A stretch of DNA of 64,000 nt from Eledone cirrhosa. Lineage: Eukaryota. A model generated the notes under the pieces. It did not search any database and was not told where the DNA came from. It saw only the letters and a list, made by a program, of their open reading frames with translations. This document shows positions 1 to 9,440 of this stretch, in pieces. Where the stretch lies: NCBI GenBank assembly GCA_964016885.1, contig OZ024742.1:338148001-338212000 (forward strand). The letters run 5' to 3'. Every line of letters starts with the position of its first letter. Within the stretch, counting starts at the first letter, position 1. A program made the translations under genes and the position numbers.

Positions 1-250
1 TTTACATTCATTTAATTTATTGAATTATTGAGATTTTTTATCTGAGTGTCCCGAATCTTCCGGATCGCAAATTTTCGATCGTACGGTTGATTATAGACTT
101 GTTCTGTGTGTGACGGTATTTTAACGATAGTTATAGCTCTGATTTATCTAAATTATGGAGCACTCTGCCGCTCATATCGAATTTTGTTTATCGTGAACTC
201 GTGCGCCGATTTTTCGATACTCGATTATTCTACTATATATATATATATAT

Positions 251-336
251 ACAAACAGTGTCCCAAAAAATGTATACACACTTCAACAGCAAAGTAATCA
301 AAGTGTGTATATATTTTGGAGAGGACACCGTGTGTA
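251..336. mobile_element. Tiny Tc1/mariner-type MITE (~85 bp) in a TA microsatellite
   Basis: CAGTGTCCCAAAAAATGTATACACACTT (256-283) is an imperfect reverse complement of AAGTGTGTATATATTTTGGAGAGGACACCG (301-330). It is flanked by (TA)n on both sides. Confidence 0.6.
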
Positions 337-760
337 TATATATATATATATATGTGTAGGTGTATGTGTAACTAGTAAAACTGTAAAAACGCAGCGGTAT
401 ATTCTAATTTGGCCCTTTTAAGGGCTACCTATATTTTCATTTAAGTAACTCCACTTACATCTATATGCTTTAATAAAAAAAAAAATAAAAAACGCGTGGA
501 AAAAAAAAATTTCATTTAAGTAACTCCACTTACGCGTGGTAGTAATACGGAAATAAACGATGTTTTGCTTTCATCGGCTGCTTCGACTGATAGCTAATAG
601 TGTTGTAGTGCCAATAATAATAATGAGTTATTTATTATTATTTATAATAATAAACCTAAGCCTATTTTACCCCCACCCTACAAACCCACCAATAAGTGTA
701 TATAAACGGATCTTGGGACATCCGTCATCAGTTTAAATGTGTCTTTGCATATACATGCTC

Positions 761-856
761 GCATATCTGATGAGATGTCAAAAAAGAGTTGGATCCCGTC
801 ACCTTGATTGTACCCTGAGCTGATCAATATCAAAACAATTGTAATATGCAAATAAA
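761..856 (+). ncRNA. Minimal type I hammerhead ribozyme motif (Penelope-like element type), G12A variant
   Basis: Stem I GCATAT(761-766)/ATATGC(844-849); core CTGATGA (767-773); stem II GATGT/ATATC; AAAA in place of GAAA (832-835); helix III C-AATT-G; GTA cleavage triplet (841-843); AATAAA at 851. Confidence 0.7.
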
Positions 857-895
857 GTTTGTACATATGTTGCAACACTGACTGACTCTTTTAAA

Positions 896-896
<1 letters not shown>

Positions 897-940
<44 letters not shown>

Positions 941-1370
941 TGACTGTATGTGTAGGTGAGCTCATGTATGTGTATATGTGTGTGTTGTCGGTACATGTGT
1001 GTGTGTATATATATATATATGTGTGAGTATACGTGTGTGTATGTGTATATCTTGAATACATGAGTGTGAGTCCATGTGCCCATACCCATGTGTATGTATG
1101 TGTATGTGCATATATGTAAAACACCTACATCGCCTCTCACCTTCCCCTCATCTCTGTCGTTCGCCACTCCCACCGATACTCCCCCACTCTCCATATTCGT
1201 GTCCGCATGCGCGCATACACATGCATGTGTGTACATATACATATGGCTGTGTGTGAGCGTATGCCGATGTGTGTGGGCAAGGATGTGCGTATGTGTTTTA
1301 TGTTGTGTGTGTTTATACAACAATATATGTGCACATGTATACATATATGTGTGTACGTATACGTATATAC
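897..1370. repeat. Compound (CT)n/(AT)n/(GT)n microsatellite and low-complexity tract
   Basis: Dinucleotide runs are directly visible and explain the spurious H/T/Y/I-rich ORFs here. Confidence 0.9.
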
Positions 1371-2045
1371 AAGGTATCTGTCAGACGAAGAGCGTCTAAC
1401 TATGTATCTATGTAAGGACCTGAAGCCAACAATATATCCACCACACCACCACTACCATAGACAAAGGCACCACTACCACACCCCCACCCCACGCCAACCC
1501 GTCTACTGACAATCCACTAACCTCATACCACAGCCCATCCCACTAAATAACCTTAACCACCACCATATCATCACATCCACCCCGACATACTCTACACGCC
1601 AAGGCGAACCCACCACCACCACACCACAGCCCACCTCATCCACAGACCGTCACCAACATCTCACCATCACACCCACCCCCATATACACTACAGGCCAGTA
1701 CATCGCCTTGATCCTGCTCACCAATCAAAACAACTCATTTTGTCAAACTCTTGAAACTCTGACTTTACCACATAGCATGTATTTCATTTTCTTATAGCAT
1801 TTTAAGAGGGTCCGTCGAGCTGCCGATTATTGAGTCGGGTAGGATCGATATAGATCGAACCTTGAGCTGATCAGTGGCGAAACGCGCGTCACCTATCAAT
1901 AAATGCAATGAAGGAATAATCAATCGTCCTTTTTATCCTTTCTATATTTTACACTCTGTATAGCTCTACACATCATCACAGAAGTGAACCTAAACATCGA
2001 GTGCTCACCCGGGTGAACCTGCAGTAACTCCTAGTTACACCCACT
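1370..2045 (+). mobile_element. Penelope-like element 3' remnant
   Basis: Translation ...SDEERLTMYLCKDLKPTI resembles the C-terminus of a PLE GIY-YIG endonuclease (..EALYIK.LKP.IN). It is followed by a C/A-rich tract, a hammerhead-like motif and AATAAA. Confidence 0.5.
1808..1903 (+). ncRNA. Degenerate minimal hammerhead ribozyme motif with long stem II
   Basis: GGGT/ACCT stem I; core CCGTCGA (2 mismatches to CTGANGA); stem II GCTGCCGATTA/TGATCAGTGGC; GAAA-C-GCGC-G-TC; AATAAA at 1898. Confidence 0.55.
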
Positions 2046-2304
2046 GGATATATATATATATATGTGTGTGTATAAATGAAAAAGTATAGAAATTATTGTG
2101 AGCAAGAAGCCAACAGTATTTCATAATATATAAGTGACTATAACGTCAAAATGGAAAAATAGTTAACGTAAGATGTGGGAAATATATATAGTTTAATAAA
2201 CTGAACAGAGAACAAAAAACAGAGAGGCAGTCTATGCTAGTATGAGTTAGATGAGTTCTCGCGTTGTGAGACAAGTTATATCAGGTGTCTGAGTTTTGCT
2301 CATA

Positions 2305-2632
2305 CAGAACTGTTTCTGATTTGGATTCTACAGCTGGATGCCCTTCCTAACGCCAACCACATTTACAGTATGGACTGGCTACTTTTTATTGCGGCACCAA
2401 AATGACTAACTGACAGGTTGGACTGGGTACTTTTTGATCTGGTCACCAATACGAGCACATTACAAGGCAGACTGGGTGTTTTTTGTCATGTCTCCAACAG
2501 GACCACTTTACAGGGTGGACTGGGTTCTTTTTGTTGTGTCACCAACACGGCTATCTTACAGGGTGGACTGAGTGCTTATTTGTCGTGTCAACAGCATGAC
2601 CACCTTACAAGCTTTCCATGTTCGTATGCATA
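2305..2632 (-). mobile_element. RTE-3'-end-related SINE-like repeat with internal ~40-bp tandem units
   Basis: TTCTACAGCTGGATGCCCTTCCTAACGCCAACC plus repeated TTACAG..GGACTGGGT..TTTT units; the same motifs occur in the RTE 3' UTRs at 52130-52260 and 39420-39520. Confidence 0.7.
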
Positions 2633-3214
2633 GGGTGGAAGGTTTAGGGTTTGAGGAGGGTGTGATGTGTGTATGCAGGATGGAGATTGGAGAGATATGT
2701 CTACAGTGGGATACTTAGCTGATGAGGGTGAGGTTATGACCTGGGGGCTCCCTCTCTCTGCTAGCTATCCTGCTGCTTCCGCTTTTTCTCTTGCCTCTGC
2801 CTCTTTTTCACCTCCTCTTGCAGAGTCAGGCCTGTTTTCTTCGTTCTCTAATTCACCGTCAACCCAGCCTCGGTCTTAAGTCCAATAGCTGGTTTTGACT
2901 CTTCGGTAGCTTACATACATGTGCTTTTCGTGTTTCCGTCTTCGGTATGTTTTTCCCCTTTTTTTTTCTTTCTTTTTCCCTTCTGTTTTATTCTTTTCTC
3001 TCTCCCCTTTTCTCCCTAATAACTTCCTATTGTTATTGATGCACTGGAGCTAGACATATTGTCTTTAATGCTTAGAAATGTCCGTAATCTCCAGCAGACA
3101 ACTGATGATGGGAAATATCCCCCATTTGTGCTTCCCTCTTATTTCTAAATACACTTTATCTTGTAACCACACAGCCCCCTGTTTCTTCTAAAATATTTTA
3201 TCATATATATATAT

Positions 3215-3500
3215 ATCATCATCATCATCATCATCATTTTACGTCCGCTCTTCCCTGCTCGCAAGGGTGGGACGGGTCTTATTCAGTACCGCATCTCTCC
3301 ACTCGTCACGGTCCTCCACCATGAACTTCAACGATCTGAGGTCTGTTCTCACCACCTCCGCCCATGTTTTTCATGGTCTACCTCTACCCCGTCTTCCTTC
3401 AACTGGCATTTCCTGGCACTTCTTCACCCATCGGTCATCCTCCATGTGCATCACATGTCCGTACCACCTCAGTCTCCTCTCCCGTACACTACATTCTATC
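3215..3500 (-). mobile_element. RTE LINE 3' fragment
   Basis: RRLRWYGHVMHMEDDRWVKKC..RGRP C-terminal motif and a (GAT)n tail adjoining (TA)n. Confidence 0.9.
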
Positions 3501-3747
3501 CCTCTCTCTCTATATATATAGCCAAAATAGCATATAAAACATTGACACAAACACACCAAACAATGCCACTTCTTCAGCCACCCCTAATTGTTACATAAAC
3601 TGGTTTCATTGCTAAGGGTGGTAATAGTTTCCTGTTGTGAATCAGTAGCTTATAAAGCTAAAGTTGCTAGTATATAAAGAATATAAGAAACAAATATACA
3701 AAATACAGACGGGTGTCTTTTGATGTGTGTGCACCTACATCTCTCCT

Positions 3748-3958
3748 TTCTAATGACATATAATGTGTCAACATTGAAAATATCCCTAATATTTTATTCT
3801 TTCTTTATATATTTCAGATTATCTGAAACTGTCTCTTTACAACTGAAACATATTCAGACTTTCACAGAGATAAGAGTTGAAGAAAATATAGTCTTGAAAA
3901 TATTTCGTGAAAAATTCAAGAAGAAAAGTAATTTTCTATTTTGTAAAGAATATTTGAA
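3748..3958 (+). promoter_or_regulatory. Splice acceptor (AG at 3816-3817) and 5' UTR part of the ZNF-A coding exon
   Basis: CTAAT branch-like motif, pyrimidine tract, TTTCAG|ATT. The same block precedes all three ZNF ORFs. An in-frame TAA lies 15 nt upstream of the ATG. Confidence 0.7.
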
Positions 3959-5818
3959 ATGATGGAGAAAAAACTCGGTGAGAGTCCAGTTCATAATGAA
4001 AAAGAAGCTGATAATAAAGATATCTCGCATCAAACAGGGAATGTATATATGTGTGATATCTGTGGGAAGTCTTTTAAAGTAAGAAGAAATTTAATTCAAC
4101 ATAAATCCAGCCATACAGATCCGATACTCTACGAATGTGAAATTTGTGGTAAAGTATTCCCTGGAAATACTCACTTATTGATTCACAAACGTATTCATAC
4201 AGGTGAGAAACCATACCGCTGTGACATCTGTGATAAAGATTTCTCTCAAAATAGTAATTTATTGACCCATAGACGTATTCATACAAGAGACAAACCATAC
4301 CATTGTGAAATCTGTGGTAAAACTTTCTCTTGTAATTCATCTTTATCTACACACAAGCGTATTCATACAGGAGAAAAACCATATCACTGTGATATCTGTG
4401 GTAAATCTTTCTCTGTTAGTTGTTCTTTATCTATACACAAACGTATTCATACAGGAGAAAAACCATACCAGTGTGATATCTGTGATAAAACCTTTTCTGC
4501 AAATAGTTCGTTATCTTTGCATAAACTTAATCACACAGGTGAGAAACCATACCACTGTGACATTTGTGGTAAATCATTTCCTATAAACGGTAATTTGTTG
4601 AAACACAAACGTATTCACACAGGAGAGAAACCATACCACTGTGATATTTGTGGTGCAACATTCTTTCAAAGTAGTAATTTATCAACTCATAAACGTATTC
4701 ACACAGGAGAAAAACCATATCATTGTGATATCTGTGGTAAAAAGTTCTCTACTAATGAATATCTATCTAACCACAAGCGTATTCACACAGGAGAAAGGCC
4801 ATATGACTGTGATATCTGTGGTAAAACATTCTCCCAGAAAGGTTATTTAATGGCCCACAAACCTATTCATACAGGGCAGAAACCATATCACTGTGACACA
4901 TGTGGTAAAAAGTTCTCTACATCTCAGTATTTATCTAACCACAAACGAACCCACACAGGAGTGAAACGCTGTTACTGTGACATTTGTGGTAAAACATTCT
5001 CTCGGAATAGTCATTTACTGAGCCATAGACGTATCCACACAGGCGAGAAACCATACCACTGTGATATTTGTGGTAAAGCATTTTCTTTGAATGGTCATTT
5101 AACTAAACACAAACGTATTCATACAGGAGAGAAACCATACCACTGTGATGCCTGTCCTAAAACTTTCTGTGATAGTAGTTCTTTAGCCAAACACAAACGA
5201 AGTCATACAGGAGAAAAACCATATCATTGTGATATCTGTGGTAAAGCTTTCTCTGTTAATGATGCTTTATCCAAACACAAACGTAGCCATACAGGAGAGA
5301 AGCCATATAGCTGTGATATCTGTGGTAAAACATTCTCTGTTAGTAGTTCTGTATCCAAACATAAACGTATTCACACTGGGGAAAAACCATATCATTGTGA
5401 TATCTGTGGTAAAACGTTTTCTGCTAGTTTGTCTTTATCTACACATCGGAGTATTCACACAGGAGAAAAACCATATCACTGTGATATTTGTGGTATAACA
5501 TTCTCTCAAAATAGTAATTTATTAAGGCATAGACGTATTCACACAGGAGAGAAACCATACCACTGTGATTTCTGTGATAAATCATTCACTTCTAGTAGTG
5601 ATTTGAAAACACATATACGCATGCACACAGGAGAGAAACCATACCACTGTGATGTCTGTGGAAAATCATTCTCTCGGAGTGGTTATTTACTGAACCATAG
5701 ACGTATTCACACAGGTGATAAACCATATACCTGTGATATTTGTGGTAAAGCATTCTCTCAACAAGGTAATTTGTCAGCCCACAAATCTTTACACATGAGA
5801 AAAACCACACTCTTGTGA
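3959..5818 (+). CDS. C2H2 zinc-finger protein (ZNF-A), 619 aa, 21 tandem fingers, no recognisable effector domain
   Basis: Uninterrupted ORF of CxxC-x12-HxxxH units with TGEKPY linkers. Confidence 0.95.
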   Translation: MMEKKLGESPVHNEKEADNKDISHQTGNVYMCDICGKSFKVRRNLIQHKSSHTDPILYECEICGKVFPGNTHLLIHKRIHTGEKPYRCDICDKDFSQNSNLLTHRRIHTRDKPYHCEICGKTFSCNSSLSTHKRIHTGEKPYHCDICGKSFSVSCSLSIHKRIHTGEKPYQCDICDKTFSANSSLSLHKLNHTGEKPYHCDICGKSFPINGNLLKHKRIHTGEKPYHCDICGATFFQSSNLSTHKRIHTGEKPYHCDICGKKFSTNEYLSNHKRIHTGERPYDCDICGKTFSQKGYLMAHKPIHTGQKPYHCDTCGKKFSTSQYLSNHKRTHTGVKRCYCDICGKTFSRNSHLLSHRRIHTGEKPYHCDICGKAFSLNGHLTKHKRIHTGEKPYHCDACPKTFCDSSSLAKHKRSHTGEKPYHCDICGKAFSVNDALSKHKRSHTGEKPYSCDICGKTFSVSSSVSKHKRIHTGEKPYHCDICGKTFSASLSLSTHRSIHTGEKPYHCDICGITFSQNSNLLRHRRIHTGEKPYHCDFCDKSFTSSSDLKTHIRMHTGEKPYHCDVCGKSFSRSGYLLNHRRIHTGDKPYTCDICGKAFSQQGNLSAHKSLHMRKTTLL

Positions 5819-6004
5819 TATTTGTTGTTAAATATTGTTATGTTAATAATCTAAGAATGAATAGATATATGTGAGATGTAAACTATATTAGTTAAAGTCC
5901 TTAAACAGCTTTTGTGTGAAGATTTTTTTTAAGTTGCAGTATTGAGAGAGACTCAACGAAAACCTATTATGTTTACACACATTTTATGTTACTTATAAAG
6001 TAGT

Positions 6005-6350
6005 AGTATTGGTGCTAAGATAAAATGCACCTATGACCCACCCACCCCGCCCAAGTGGTAGTGCTGGTGTCATGATAAAATGCACCCAATACATTCTGTA
6101 ATGTGGTCATGCTGGTGCCATGATAGAATGCATTCAGTACACTCTGTAAAATGGTAGTACTGGTGCTGTGATAAAATACATCCAATACTCTTTGCAAAGT
6201 GGTTGATATCAGGGAGGGCATCCAGCCATAGAAACTATGCCAAAATATGGTATGTATGATCAAAATGGGGTTTTCCCCCAACACATCTAGTCTTGGACCT
6301 TAACAACCCATCCAGCCCATTCCAGCATGGAAAGTGAATGTAAAATGATG
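6005..6350 (+). mobile_element. RTE-3'-related SINE-like repeat
   Basis: Tandem CACCCA.TACA.TCTGTAA.GTGGT units, then AGGGAGGGCATCCAGCCATAGAAAC and a CAGCATGGAAAGTGAATGTAAAATGATG 3' end. Confidence 0.65.
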
Positions 6351-7089
6351 GTTTTGTGTAATGTTGGAATTATTTTGAATATTTTCCACTTATGTTGTAA
6401 AATGAAAATAATAAAACACCCAGCTATAATTGTTACCATAACTGATATCTTACAAACTAACAAACAAATGGTCATTTTTTTAATAGAATTATTTCCTAGA
6501 TAATCTTTAGGGTGAATTTCAGCTTAATATGAATCAGTCACTCCAAAACAACATGTTATGGTGGTACACCAGATCTAGTGTGCCAAAGTTTACCAAACCC
6601 TTAGAAAAGGGTATCTATGTATTCTGCAAGTGACAAGTCAATTGTAACAATGGTTGAGGAAAATGAGTAGAAGACAGCAACAGGAAGCATTTTAAGACCA
6701 TCTTCCTTGCTAAAGTAGAAGTTAGACTTGCGCAAGCCCCATGACAAGCTTCTCTATTTTTCTCTATCATTTACATCCCTCTTTACCAATCCCTTGGCTT
6801 TCATTTCTCCTTCCATTGTCCCCAGCTGTGTTTTTCTTCATCTTCTCCTTTCATCTTTCTTCAACACATGACCAAACCATCTCATTCCATTTCTCTTCAC
6901 AACATTCATTACTTGTTCTATTCCTATCATCCTATACAATTCATTATTTGTCTTTCTCTCTCTCAGTGATACTCCACTCATCCACCTGACTATTCCCATT
7001 TTCAAGTAGAGGGAAAATTGTTTTTTTTCTTAATATATATAAATATAGGAAATTACTTAAGTATATTCTTATAAGGTCAAAGAAGCAAT

Positions 7090-8560
7090 CAAGGTGATGA
7101 AGAATGTTAAAGCTACTGGACTGTCACAGATAGTTGCCTAAATGCTAAAAATATCAGGAGAAGTAGGAGCCAAACTTGTAACCCGCATAGGCAATCAAGT
7201 AATACAGGACAGAGTCATACCCAATGACTGGTGCAGCTGTACAAACATAAGTTGCTACAAGGGTAAAAGGGATGCTTAAGAAAGAAGCAACTACTGAGGA
7301 ATAAAATTGATGTACCACATTATGAAAATGACAAAGACTTATAGCACATCTAATTAGGGAAAGAGTCAAATTAGACAAGATGCAGTTTGATTTTATGCTT
7401 GGGAAAAGTTCTACAGATGCCTTCCCTCTTCTTAGTGAGACAACTACAAGAGAGGTTCCTAGCCATGAATAAGCAGCTATATCTAGCTTTTGTTGATCTA
7501 GAAAAAGCCTTTGATCTATTATCTGGTGGTCTTTAAGGAAATTAGGTGTAGAAGAATGGCTTGTGAGAGCAGTGCAAGCTATATACAGAGGAGCTGTCAG
7601 TAAAGTGAGGAGTTCAAGTTCACTGTTGTTTATCATGGTTCTTCAGGCCATAACAGACGAGTTTAAGACTGACTGTTCATGGGAACTTTTCTATGTAGAT
7701 GATCTGGTCCTTGTAGCTGAATCCATAAAAGAACTAGAGAATAAGTTCCAACTACGGAAACAGAATTTAGAATCAAAAGGACTAAGAGTAAACTTAGCCA
7801 AAAGTGCTAGTAAGCAAGAAAGAAGATAGGACACTGTGGCCTTGCTCACGATGTAGGCATAAACTCTGTACGAAGTACACAATATAAATCTTGGGTGCAG
7901 GAGATGTAGTGGAATAACAAGTAGACTAACAAGAAGGAAAGACTTTCTATGTAAAAGGTGCACTAGTGTCAGTGTTATAGACCTTTCCCAATCACATGAA
8001 GGATTCATAAAAGTGGTTGATAGTTTTTGCTATCTAGGTGACCTAATTAGCAGCAGAGGAGGGTACTCTGGGAGCGTAATAGCGAGAATAAGGATAAGAT
8101 ATAAAAAGTTTAGAGAGCTGCTCCCACTGTTGGCAACAAAAGGTTTCTCCTTACGTACAAAAGGACACCTGTGTGTGAAGCGCAATACTGCATGATAGCG
8201 AAACATGGGCAGTGACTGTAGAGGATGTGTAGGCTGGAGAGGAATGAAGTTACCATGCTTCGTTGGATGTGGAATGCAAATGTGAGAGAAAGGCAGAGCC
8301 TGAAGAATCTGAGGTGGTGTGCAAAAGAGAAGATTGTGTTGGTACAGATATGTGATGCGCATGGATGATGATGACTGGGTGAAGAAGTGCCAGTAAATCC
8401 AAGTGGTAGGAAGCTGCAATAGAGGTAGACCAAGGAAGACCTGATTGGAGGTGGTGAGAGCTAACCTCAAATCACAGACAGAGAGGATGAACGAGTGCAA
8501 AAGAACCCGCCCAACCCATACAAGTGTGGAAAAATGGATGTAAAAACGGTGATGAGGATT
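7090..8560 (+). mobile_element. Decayed RTE LINE (RT region to 3' end)
   Basis: Fragments AVQAIYRGAVSKV, LLFIMVLQAITDEFKT..WELFYVDDL and DSFCYLGDLIS are homologous to the young RTE at 52-54.8 kb; many stops and frameshifts. Confidence 0.9.
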
Positions 8561-8841
8561 CTATATTAATTATGTCATTGATAATGTGGTTTATTAAATT
8601 TCTAGTATTTACCATTGAACAAGGCTGTACATTACAATCTAGAAGTTATAATTAAAAAAAAAAATTTATCTGTTTAATAAAGGTATTTCATTCTCTAAAA
8701 ATTAAATGGTGAGGTGATAAAGATGTAAATTAAAATATCAACTTTAATGTCCATTTCTATATAAAATATTTTTTAAATATTAAAGGAATTCAATAAACAG
8801 CTGAAATCAGCTTTTTATTTTAATTTTAACCCCTTTTTAAT

Positions 8842-9147
8842 CATCACTGTTTAACATCCATTTTCCATATGCGCATGGGTTAGACAAGCTGTCCCATTGA
8901 GTCAAACCAGGTCGGATCTGATTTGGGTTTGGTTTTTATGGCTGGATGCTCTTCCTAATGCCAACTACATTCACAGTATGTACTGGGCGCTTTTTGCCAT
9001 GACACCTTCACAACCACTTTACAGTATGGCCTAGGCACTTTTTGTTGTGACACCTACATGACCACTTTACAGTGTGTCCTAGGTACATTTTGTCATGACA
9101 CCTACATGAGTACTTTACAGTATGGACTGGGTGCTTTTTGTCATGAC
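8842..9147 (-). mobile_element. RTE-3'-related SINE-like repeat
   Basis: GGCTGGATGCTCTTCCTAATGCCAAC motif plus tandem ACTTTACAGT.TG..CT.GG units. Confidence 0.65.
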
Positions 9148-9440
9148 AAATATTTTTAATAAAATTCACAAGATTTTTTAGGCATTTTGTTCATGTTCCA
9201 GATGTCCATATCTGGCCATAAACTACAAAAAATGGTTGAACCCTGACATATCAGAGCTTTAATTTGATATGGCATAACAGGGATATGCTGAATATTAACT
9301 GGTATGATACGAAATTGACTTTTGTTCTATGATACACAACTACTTGTTCTAAAGTGTTTTTATTTATCTGGAAACCATTCATCACAATTTTATGTAAGTT
9401 ATGCTCCAAACACCGGTTTAATAATGAAAAAATAAGAAAG

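Noticed and set aside
678-1509. Multiple overlapping ORFs of 60-180 aa
   Set aside because: Products of AC/AT microsatellite sequence; same for ORFs near 22.5-22.9, 24.5, 36.2-36.6 and 38.2-38.6 kb.
2370-2610. Regularly spaced ~40-bp repeats resembling a CRISPR array (also 6030-6200, 8970-9150, 49208-49340)
   Set aside because: Degenerate tandem units without unique spacers, inside eukaryotic retroelements; no cas genes.
3095-3130. CTGATGA followed by a GGGA/TCCC stem
   Set aside because: No GAAA or helix III follows; at most a truncated Penelope-type hammerhead remnant.
4074-5810. Alternative-frame and antisense ORFs inside the ZNF arrays (also 27.4-28.5 and 40.9-42.1 kb)
   Set aside because: Shadows of the 84-bp finger periodicity; no independent coding signal.
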